Shown: in pieces, positions 11,401 to 22,000 of the stretch
Numbering within the stretch: position 1 is the first letter of the stretch
Layout of the letters: each line of letters starts with the position of its first letter
Assembly (NCBI GenBank): GCA_000708835.1
Contig: DF237127.1
Span: 96,239 to 160,238, forward strand
Source: Klebsormidium nitens
Lineage: Eukaryota; Plantae; Klebsormidiophyceae
Length of the DNA: 64,000 bases
Reading direction: 5' to 3'
Program-made: the position numbers and the translations under genes
Notes under the pieces: generated by a model
The model's input: the letters and a program-made list of their open reading frames with translations, nothing else
Told to the model about the DNA's origin: nothing
Databases searched by the model: none

Positions 11401-14400
11401 CGCGGTTGCCGCACTTTGATTTGCTGTGACAAATGCTAATCGAAGTGATCCACGACAATATGCGGGTTCGGAAGTGCATATTACACTCATCTTGAGCGGT
11501 TGCTTCCTCAGTTGAGCTTCAATGCAGTGCCATGTCGGTCGTAGAGGGTTCAAACCTTTGATCTGGCGGGCGTTTCCTTGAATGAGGAATCATTTGGAGA
11601 AACTACGAAAACTTTGCTTCCAGAGTCGAAGCCTGTGAATCTCTAATTCTATTTACAAGCAATCATCATCTCATTCTGCTGTTGCTGTTCTTGTGACCAC
11701 GTAAGTGTGAGATTCTGCAAGCAAGTTGTTTAGTAGTAAGCAAACCAACCTAGAATCGGAACGAACTCGAATCAGCGCCTTTACAGAAAGTCAAATTCAG
11801 CACGAGTCAAATAAGTCGCTAATCGCGTTCTGTAATAACCCGCAGGTTCCGCCCCTGGCGCACCTGCCGCGAGGAGGAGTCCACCATCATGACGTCAGCC
11901 GTCTTCCTCCCGACCGCCGACGCCTCGTCGCGCCTCGCGGTCGGCAGCCACGTGGGCGAGATCCGGCTCTTCGACGCGGGCAGCGGTGACGTCATCGAGA
12001 CGTACGCGGGTCACGAGGAGAACGCGGTTAATCTCCTGCAAACCGCAGTTAAGCCCGGGGGCGACGGCGCGTGGCTTCTGTCGAGTACGAGGCGAGAGGT
12101 TAAGCTGTGGGTTGCGGAGAACCTGGACATGGGCAGTGTGAAAACGTTCGAGGGATGCCGGTCGGGGAGGTTTAACACCGCGGGGACGCGGATCGTGGCG
12201 GTCGAGCAGCGGCAGTCGGGGCCGCCGCAGGTAAGGAGACCAAAGTGCACGGTCTTTTTCCGGGTCTACTTTGTCGTTCAAAAGGTCTTTTGTTGTCTTT
12301 TGCGAGGGTCCATTGCTGTTTTTCAAGGTTCTAGTGCTTGTACTTTAGGTAGGTCTGATGCTGTTTTGTCACTGGTTTTGTGCGGACCTTTAAGGGTTTA
12401 CTTTCATTTGTTCCTCATTTTTGCTTCTGAAATCAAATAGCAAGGAAGGGCGTTTGCCACTCGATAGTAAATCAGTGATAAGTATCATCCATTCAGTATC
12501 CTTTTCGGTCTGCACGTTGAATGGAGCAGCGGCACTCTTGAGTTTACTATTGCCTTACCTGAAGCCGAATACCCTCAATCCCCATACGAACTTAGTTTGA
12601 TGAAGAAACCAGACCCGCTCCGTTTCACAGGTTCGTCTGTACGACGTCAATAGCGGCAACCTCGAGTTAACGCTCACCGACTCGCATTCGAGCAACCCCC
12701 CCGGAAACGGAACTCGGTGGGGTTTGGGCGGACATTCGAACGCGTACTTCAGCCCGGACGACAGTTTGATCCTCTGGGGGGGAGTGCTTTGGGACCACCG
12801 GTTACCAAAGGGAGTTCACCGCTTCGACCAGTTTACGGACTATGGGGGAGGGGCGTTCCATCCCGCTGGGAACGAGGTACGCTTAGCTTTATTTATGATT
12901 TGTTAGGTGTTAGGGATTTGGTGGAATCACAGGGTCGAAGGATCCGGGTTTTGGCACGGATCCGCGATTTTCGACGTTTGGTTTTCTGATATTATGTTAG
13001 GCTGTCGAATCAAATCAGAGGGTCCAGGTTCCAGCTCGGTTAGCATGTTTCAGAATGCCGGGGTAAGATTTCAGAGACTTGTATTTAGGCTCCCAACATA
13101 ACATTAACATTCTTGAATGGTCCAAGTTTCCGCCTCAGCTATCGTTCTGCAGATCGACGGTTTCGATTCCTCCTTGAAATTCGGACCATTCTTTGCTGTG
13201 TGGCGCAAAGATGCAGGTTCTTGATGAGCCTTCGTTATTCCCAATTGTGTGGGGCTATGACGACACAGTTGGTTCTAAGGAGGCACACAGCAACGCAGGC
13301 GGTCTCTTTGACCTCACCTACTCATATGGTTGACGTCAGCAAGACTGTCCTGGACAGCTGAATGGCGCCTCGGTTAACAGGGTTTTGTTACGCTTCTGCT
13401 GAGGGGTTTCGGCACTTTTTCTGCTCAACGTATGATCACATTCCTTTTATGTCTCCAGCCCGTCCCGCAGGACTCAGATACTTCCCTTGACCCGTTTCTG
13501 GGTGGGACCTCTGGATGCACAAGCTCCTAAGCAGTATCCGAGGCTCCGGAAAACCCCAGCCCAAAATTGCAACAACGTTTTCTGTCACAGTCAAAAGACG
13601 ACTGAAAATGTCGTTCAAAACGCACGAGATCGTGACACTTGAATGTGGATTCAAGAAGTTGTGCCTACCACAGCTGATCATCGACAGCTGTATTCTGTTT
13701 CTTTACTTGACGCGGGTCCTGATTTCTTTCTTAATTCCGTAAAGTTTTGAGATCATCGATGGGTTACTGAGACCAATGCTGATTCCTTGGCTCTTCTAGA
13801 TGCAGGTGATTATCAACAGCGGTAGCTCCACTTAAAGCGAACCCGGAGTTGCATTCCTATCCGCGAGGATTGAGTTTATGGGTGGTTTTTTCGAACTAAG
13901 CCCGAGTGTTTCACTCTCGAACATGCAGGGGTTTTTAACAGCAAGGTGTGGGATCTACGCACCCATAAGCTGCAGTACTCGAGCGCATCTGGCACACCCG
14001 ACTGCGGTCGGGTCCTCCAGATGCGCAGATCGCGAAGCATTATTCAAAACCCCAGAATTCGACAGGCCTACAATGATGGATTCGTTTGGCTTTATATACT
14101 CCATATATCTCCGCATGAGCTCAAAAGTCACAAACTTGCTCCACTATATATTACCCCAGACGATTGGAATTGTTGTCCAAATGCAGGTGATCATCAACAG
14201 CGAGGTGTGGGATCTCCGCACCCATAAGCTGCTGCGCTCCGTCGCCTCGCTCGACAACACCACCATCTCCTTCTCCCCCACCGGTGACGTCATCTACGCA
14301 ATCCTCCGCCGGAGCTCCGACGAGTTGAACGCGGCGCTCAATCCGAAACGCCAACGTCACCCGCTCTGGGCGGCGTTTCGGACGCTGGACGCTACGGACT

Positions 14401-15338
14401 ATTCGGACATCGCGACGGTGCCGGTGGACCGGTGCGTGCTGGACCTGGCGGTCGATCCGACGGACTCGTACGTCGGCGCGGTGGCGATCGACGGCCAGGG
14501 CATCGAGAGCAATGTCAAGGTGCGTTCTCAGCAAGACAGAGTCACTTAGGATAAATATGAAGGTACAAATAAAGCCTTTGAGTCAATCAGGGCAAAGGAA
14601 AGGCAAAGGAGAGGCAAAGAAATGTTGTGACTCGAATATAAGCGAGAAGAAAAGAACAAAACGAACGTGAGAAGAAAAGAAGGTAGATGAAACCGATTTG
14701 GGTGCTCTTGGATTGAGCCTGTTACTGATGGTCGTTCCGCTCTCGGCTCAGAGATCAGGGGCGCAGCGGAACATATGGTCGAAGATCGGTTGGGTTATCT
14801 GGGTGTACGTCATCCTGATGATGACATTTTTAGACTTCCTCATCCGCAACTTTCCTTCTCTTGGCCGCTCTCTCATCCTTTTCCGTATTCTGATCTGAAG
14901 GTGTACGAAATTGGACGGCGGCGACCGGACGACGGCGACTCGGACGTCGACGTCAACGAGGAAGAAGATGACGAGAGCGAGGAGGAAGAGGAGGAGGAAG
15001 ACGAGGACGGGGGGGAGGGCGACATCTCCGAAGCGGAGGACGACGAAAACGACGGCGCCGGGGGGGTCGCCGCCCGGCTCCTGCGAGAGCTCGCGGAGGG
15101 GGGGGACGATGGGGACGATGACGTCAGCAGCAGCGGGGGGGAGGAGTCGGAAGAAGACGACGAAGTGGATGCGATGCTCGATGCAATGGAGGAAAGCGAC
15201 GAGGGGAGCGATGAGGGGGGGAGCGACGATGGGGGCGAGTATGGCAGCGAGGGGGGGGGCTCGTCGGCGGACGGGTATGATACGGACGAGGATTACGGAG
15301 AGGGGGACTTCGACGACTTGTTGCAGGGGATGCTATAA
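2472..15338 (+). CDS. DCAF1: DDB1- and CUL4-associated factor 1 (VprBP) homolog, ~2015 aa, 11 exons
   Basis: Exons 2472-2692, 3302-4817, 5386-6506, 8063-8312, 8683-8970, 9609-9932, 10459-11384, 11846-12230, 12631-12876, 14187-14519, 14901-15338; all GT-AG and phase-consistent (6048 nt). Plant DCAF1 motifs: DDDFFELVS..AAAARL, RERYSIQCL..LGEYLEALGPVL, LisH (ELLQVIHEHL..GLDKAAAALQQEA), SRFRPWRTCR, WD40 with WDxR motifs (LWDHRL, VWDLRT), VYEIGRRR and an acidic tail. Confidence 0.93.
7350..7973. other. Assembly gap (Ns) with overlapping flanks
   Basis: The 27-nt CCAATCTACTTTTCTTGCTCAAATAGG occurs at both 7323-7349 and 7974-8000. Confidence 0.9.
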
Positions 15339-16266
15339 GAGAATGTTTGAAGGGTTGTTTCCTTCAAAGTTTGGAGGGTTGATAAGCGTACGCACTTGCA
15401 AAGGTATCCCGACTCGTTCGTGACAGAGACCTTGGTGGTGTTGGTCTCCCATTTAGTCAAACCGCAGACGAAGACACGCTTAAAGCGACGGATCGCTGTG
15501 GATGTGCAGATTCCATGCAAGGCCGAACTTCGCAAGCTTCTCGAATCACGTATCCACGCTGAGTGTGCGCCAACCGCCACAGATTGATTGGTCTCATTCT
15601 CGAGTCCCTTTCAAACGACTCTGGGGCGGCCGCCATATGTTACGATGGTCCTGTATATCGCCACCGTCCCTGGCTTTCTATGGACGGTCCATGCGGTCAT
15701 CTTCATGCATGCCTATAACTCCAGACGATATAGCTCGCGGCCTGCTGGATGTTGGTCCCACAGGTTCAATCGAAAAACTAAATTTATATGCACACGACGA
15801 TGATCTTGTCTTGTATGAACAGGCTGATTTCCAAAGGTGTATCATGCTAATAATTGCTAGCGCTTTTCTTCCATGCAATATTTTGGTGATATCACATGCA
15901 TCTTTAAGGAGTTCGATCATGGCAGCTCGTGTTCGTTTAATAACTTGATGAACTCTAATTGTCATGCACTTCTTAGCATGGACTTGATGTAGTGACAGAC
16001 ATGCACATGGGTGAGGTGGAGATCCATGCGAAAGGTCTGTGCGTAGACTTTTCTAGCTATAAGGATCGGCGAAACCATTCTCTGCTTCCTTGTAAACATT
16101 GCGAGTCTGGACAGCTCCGTGAACACAGCCTAGTACTGTGGACTGAGACGGGCAGAAATTTCATGGAGGCCCATAGCATGTTTGAATGAATAAGCGGGGA
16201 AAATGTCAAAAAAACGGTGTGTTGGTCAGTCTGTAACCATCAAAGATTGCAACTGCGATCGCTCAC

Positions 16267-17852
16267 TTAGCTGTTGGGCTTGGCCCCACCGAGGTACTTG
16301 TACACCCCGTATAAACTTGAACCCAACAAGAAAACGCCGATTGTAGGAGAGAAGCTAGGGTATACATACTTGAGAACAAGGTCGTCTATATCCTCAGGGA
16401 AGAAGCCTGTCAACAGAAAGAACGGGAACATGTCAGAAAAGGTCTCACAATCTGCTGCTGGAAGGTTTGCAAAAGGTTTTTCGGACTAGCTGCCAAAGGA
16501 TACATGGTACGTGAAAATTAGAATTTCAAAGCACTCCGGTATGCCACAGACCATGATAAAACTATGGCGAACTTCTTTGTGAGTCCTTGATCGCTCAGCA
16601 TGATTCAAACTTTCGGGTACCAGATCAGTGCTATAAGGTCGTTCAAGAGCCTGCGCCAGCCTTTCTTGGGGCTAGTAAGAACACTCTGAGCGGTGGTTAT
16701 CGAGGGCACACGACCAGCAAAGGAGCAGTGCTCCCTTTCTCAAAGGAGAGAAAAAAGCGAAAGAAGCACAGTCTACAGACAGGTTTAGAAAGGACAGTAT
16801 TGGGCATTTCGGAAGCTCACCTGACGCCGCGAGGGCAATCCCCATTGCAATGATGATTCCGAAGAGGATCGCAAGGCTGACGACGTAGTACTGCTCATAA
16901 ACCTGCTCTTGACTTGGCTCCGTACTCGAAGGAGCAATCACCGGTCTTTCCGGGGCGGGCCTCCGGACAGTGGTCGCTTTCCCTCCTAGTTAAGGAGATG
17001 GATAAGGCAATTAATAAAGATTGTTTTTGCGTAACATTCCTGCTTTTCCTTCGCCTCTGGCTGTTTGTTGCACCTTGTGAGTACAAGTATTCTGTATGAG
17101 GCTCCCCAAGTTCCAGACTGAATGTGAAATGCTTAGTCAAGGACACGCTGAAAGTGTGATTTGCAACGGCCAGTTCCCCCCCCTCCTTATTTGTTGCCAC
17201 TATGTCTTTTTGGCCGACTACTCCATGCTCCTTGGTTTGCGCTTCACTCCGCTTTGGGGGTGAACTTGTGCTAAGAGTGGGCTTGACATTACGACGCGTC
17301 GTTCTGATTGTTGGCATCCTTCTCATGTCAGTTGGGGCATGGTAGTAACAGCAACAAGTTTTCTCTCAACAAGGCCTTGCTCAGGGCCCCTTAACTAGGT
17401 TTGGTTTATGGCGATTTCTTCTCACATGATGAGCAGGAAAAGCAGCGTCCTCCTTCTTGACAAGGAGAAGAGGCACGTTGCTCACCTTTCTTTCCGCTTC
17501 CTTTGCTCCCAAAGCCAAGCTGCTCAAGCTGCTCCAGTTGCGAGCTGCCCTTGGTCGGCTTCTCCCCAACCTCGTTGTCCACTTCTGCCATGCACTTCAC
17601 AACTCGTCTCTGGCCCTTGCCGCCTCGTCTTTCAAGGTATGCGGGCCTTTCTCTTAACGCCTTCGTACCCCCTGAAAGGCCTCTGTGTTTTTGCAACTCA
17701 CACCAATGCAACATAACTCTCCCATAACCTCCTTTCTGCAAGCTTCCTACACAATGCTGCTCAGACCTCTGCTTGCCAACTTCTCCAATTTCAGCACGCT
17801 GCAGACCAGGATGGAACAAGCCCAAACGCGCAACAACCTGAGATGCCGCCAT
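16267..17852 (-). CDS. LPA2: LOW PSII ACCUMULATION 2 homolog, plastid thylakoid membrane protein, ~223 aa, 3 exons
   Basis: Exons 17852-17486, 16985-16821, 16406-16267 (672 nt). Transit-peptide-like N-terminus, then GFGSK, RRPAPERPV and GIALAASGFFPEDIDDLVLKYVYPSFSPTIGVFLLGSSLYGVYKYL, which matches the recalled LPA2 C-terminus (GIALAASGFLPEE..KYVYPVFTPSVVLF..YGVLKY). Confidence 0.85.
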
Positions 17853-19030
17853 GGTTTTAAATGGTCGGTTCTAATCAAATGATTACACCACCACACCCTT
17901 CTTCACACTTTCAAGTATGGAGATGTGGAAGAAGCGCTTTCTGTGAATGCTAGTTCCGTTGCACAGCCTGCTCAATTGACTGACCCGTTGCGGCTGGACT
18001 TCAGCAGTTTCGGGGCAGGCTTCCCGGTTGCGTTGGATAGATAGGGTGTATTTAGGGTCTAAATCTAGTCTGTGTATAGGCTATTTAGTCTAAGTTTTAG
18101 CTTTTGCTTTGACGTCATTTAAAACCAAGGTGAACACCGAGCCGTAGATTCGCTGCTCAGGGCCCATCTGACGCGCCGATTTTTGCCACGTATCAATATT
18201 GGTCTCATCTATGACGTCAATTGGTCTGGTAATGCAACTAAACTTAGTCTAAATTTAGCGTAAGTTTAGACTAAATACACCCTATCTATCGAACACAACC
18301 GGGAAGCCTGCCCCGAAACTGCTGTTCCGAATGCTGATTCAAATTCAATGCCGAATGGCGCCCTGAAATTGCTAAAATGCTTGCCTTCTTGAGGCTGGAT
18401 TCCAATTTCAGACTGGACCAGGAATCGATCCGCCACGGAAGACCGGAACACGCCTCTAATCCACCTTCTCGATCTGAACGGAATGATTGTGACCGGAATC
18501 TGGACGGGAGGCGGATCATGCATGGAACTGCTGGCACTGCATTGCCATGAAAGTTTTGAGGTTTTGTGAGAAAATGGTGAGAAAGTGGTGCATAAAGGTT
18601 GAATCCTGGAAGGGGAAAAGGCGCCTTGCTTCGAGACAAGCGGTTAGAAAGGCTGTGTAACTTTGAAAGCCTTCTTCAATGCCATTTTTGTCCCTCCTAG
18701 ATGGGAGAGCGGATGTTTTAGCTGGAAGACCCTTTTGTCTGGATTCTATGAGATTCTTGAAGCAAGAGGAGCTCAGCAATGTGCCCGTTGTGCAAACACC
18801 CCTGTCAACCTTCCAAGCCAAGTCCTTACGTCTTCTCTGCCTTGCTTACACTGAACAGGTATAGCAGCTGTTGTAAAACTGTTAGAACTTGGATTCAATC
18901 CAAGCCAGCAAGCAAATCTGATTGCCCCAGCAAAGGTAGGCTGCGCTTACTTGGAGCTGACTCAGATAGGTACATTCAAGGCACTCCATGACATCAGCGC
19001 GCCTCAGCTGAAACCCCGCCCGGCGCAATC
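17853..19030. promoter_or_regulatory. Divergent (bidirectional) promoter region between LPA2 and the Agenet/GATA gene
   Basis: Head-to-head start codons at 17852 (-) and 19031 (+). Contains the foldback element and two TGACGTCA palindromes (about 18110 and 18211). Confidence 0.6.
18002..18324. mobile_element. Foldback / MITE-like element with 54-bp inverted arms
   Basis: 18002-18055 and 18271-18324 are 52/54 reverse-complementary. The AT-rich interior has repeated TAGTCTAA-like motifs. No target-site duplication found. Confidence 0.65.
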
Positions 19031-22000
19031 ATGGCGGTCGGAGGCGCTGGGGCAACTAGAGAGGAGTGGCGGAAGCGTGCGGTGACGCACCTGAGTGTTC
19101 CTGACAGCTTCCCTGCGGGAGAGGAGCTCTTTGTTCCGCAGCCCTTTGAGAAGGGCGCTGTCATTGAGACGCGATCCTTTCAGACGGGGTTCCGGGGGGC
19201 TTGGTTCCTCAGTGAGGTGAGGGGGGGGCTGGGAGGTCGAAGGGTATGTTTGAAGGTCGGAACAGGGTCAAGTCCTTAGTTTGTTCTAGTTCCCTAGTTC
19301 TAGTTCTCAGAGCATATTACCGTGAATGTGGGTACGTCTTTGATGCGCAGTGAACTTGTATTGTGAATGCGGCAAGTTCCCTGCATCTGATTTGTAAGTT
19401 GTCTGGTTGGGGATCTGGTTGTCGTTCCGGTCGGAGTATTGACTGGCTTCTACTCTTCAATTTCTGACTTTAAGAATTTGGTGTGACAAATACTCGCAAG
19501 ATTGAGCTCTTGAGTGGCCACATTTGTGAATAATAAGGTATACAAGCGTCTGGTGTTCATATGGCAATTTGCAATTTGCCAAGAGGTAAATCACAGATTC
19601 TTCTGAGATTTGGAGCGTGCCTGTTGGATGAAGTAACTACAACAATGTTACTTACAACCATACACTTTTGGATCGTGCTCAAAGGATGGCTAGAAGGGGC
19701 ACAAGTGCGAGTCAATCTGCCCAACATTCAACACTTCATTTGATTGATAGCGCCAGTAGCAATCGCCGTTAATCACCAATAATCCATTAATACGTTAATC
19801 CGTTAATTCTTGATCGTCTGTGGCTGCATGGATCATGGCCTGCTATTGTGGAAGACTAGGTCTAAATGAAGCTGAAAGCCACAGGTATGAAGGAAGACCT
19901 TTTGCTGTGCGAGTGTGGAGAAGCAGACACTTGTGCCTTGACGTCGGCGACAAAACATTTCAACACATTCAGGGACATATCTAGGTAACTCCCATATCAA
20001 ACTAGTCATTCCTCTTAGATTCGGATTTTCAATTACTGACACTCAACGCCCAAACCCATCAATTTACGCGCTCCATGGTGAACCCTCCATTACCCCCAAA
20101 CAACCCCCACTCATCTCTCGGGCGCCTTGTTTAGAAAGTTTCCACGTGATAGAACTAGAGTTACCGGGTATCAAAGGTCCTACATTTGGCCTGCAGGTCG
20201 TCGCCTTCCACACCGACCGAAGTATGCCGACACAGCAGGTCACAATCAGGAATTTGTCCTACCCAGACGATAGTAAGTTCTTCCTTCATCCTCATTCCCT
20301 CATGCTTCCCTTCTTTATTTTACGTTTCTTCATCTCTGTATTTGTGCCTCTTCTCTAGCAGGGAGGCGGTGCCTTCGTATCAAATGCACGTTTATTTATG
20401 CCAGTGCTAGAGAGGCGGTGCTGTCGTATCCAAATGCACGTTTGTTCATTTTAAGCATTCAAATCAAGCCCGTCTAAGATAGTGCATTGGCAACCACTGA
20501 GTCGACACATGTGCTGCATTGCAGAGCCGTCCAAAATGTGCCTGTACCAAGTCGACCCGAACGACAGAGGCTCGCGCTACCTCATGGTGCGACCAATTCC
20601 ACCCCGGAACATCCCTTTTGGCGAGGACGCACCGAATCCGGGGCAGACAGATCAGCCCGTCTTCAAGCACGAGCGCCAGTAAGCTGGATGGCTGTACTTC
20701 GCAGAAAAGGCACCACCATTAAGAAGGACACAGGAGGGCTCGGGTTCAGGAAAGGTGATGCAGAAAGGCGAAAGGGTGCAGAATCTCGCGGGTTTGAATG
20801 GCGGCTTGCTTTATTCATCGAAGTAGAGTTGCCGTACTGTGTTACCCCACGAGTAGTACTGACGAAATAATCTCTCCAGGCATGATGGTCGAAAAAGCCT
20901 CGATATTACGTGGTGGCTTGCCTGTTCGGTAGACCCGTACTACTCGTACTGCTCGTCGGTTAGGCATAAATGAGTGAAGACGGAAGGTGCTTCCATTGAC
21001 AAGCCGGCAATACTTGAAGTACTTTGTGGTGTATTTCCACACCGTTTTCAAGCACCAGTATGTGCCCAATGAAAAGACCCGGAACAACGAACAGGACGGT
21101 CCGATGCTTTAGCCTCGGCGCGCAGCAGAACCAACCTCGTGCGACATGTTGCGTCCGATTGCCTAATATCCAAGTTCCGGCGAGGTCGTCCGGTTCCTTA
21201 TCAAGACAACGGATCTCCAGAAGTGAGATCTTCCGAAACTTAGGCGATGAATGATGCTACCGTCCGACTTCGTCCAGGTATGCCAAGGGTGATAAGGTCG
21301 ACGCTTATGTCTTGGAGTGCTGGTGGAGCGGCACCGTCCGGGCGATCAGCGGAAAGCGCGCACGGGTAAGCCAGCCTTTTCTTGAACTGAGCCCAGTTTT
21401 GGCACAGGGATAATCATTAGTCACAACATGTAGTTTCAACTCGAGGCCTTCGTCAGAAATAGGTTCTCGTTCATCCGACCAACTAGTGGCACCTGCAAAA
21501 CAGGACTTTGTTTCACATTTGGAATCTGGTTGACCATGTGCTAGGTTAGGAGGTCGACATCCTGTCTGAAGAAGCGTTGTTGTACTACGGCGTTCCCATA
21601 TCAAAACCGCTCGAGAGCGGTAATATCAGCGACAGCCCCCTTGTGGTTCGTTCCCCGGCTCAGCTTCTTTATCTTCTGACCGCTTGAGACTGAAAAGGTG
21701 CAAAAACAGCGAGAACACAAATCGACCCTTTCTAGCTCTCTGTTATCACTTCCCTCAATGCGTTATTTTGCAGGTTGAGTGGCGCCCCGAGCCGTTCGGA
21801 GAGGGGGGCACGGGCTGGGTCCCCTTCAGAAACCTGCGNNNNNNNNNNNNNNNNNNNNNNNNNNNNNNNNNNNNNNNNNNNNNNNNNNNNNNNNNNNNNN
21901 NNNNNNNNNNNNNNNNNNNNNNNNNNNNNNNNNNNNNNNNNNNNNNNNNNNNNNNNNNNNNNNNNNNNNNNNNNNNNNNNNNNNNNNNNNNNNNNNNNNN

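Noticed and set aside
14775-14830. GVRHPDDD as a shadow of exon-11 GRRRPDDGD
   Set aside because: Similarity too weak to separate from chance by eye.
16895-17326. 143-aa minus-strand ORF as a separate gene
   Set aside because: Lies mostly in LPA2 intron 1 and overlaps exon 2 in another frame; no recognisable motif.
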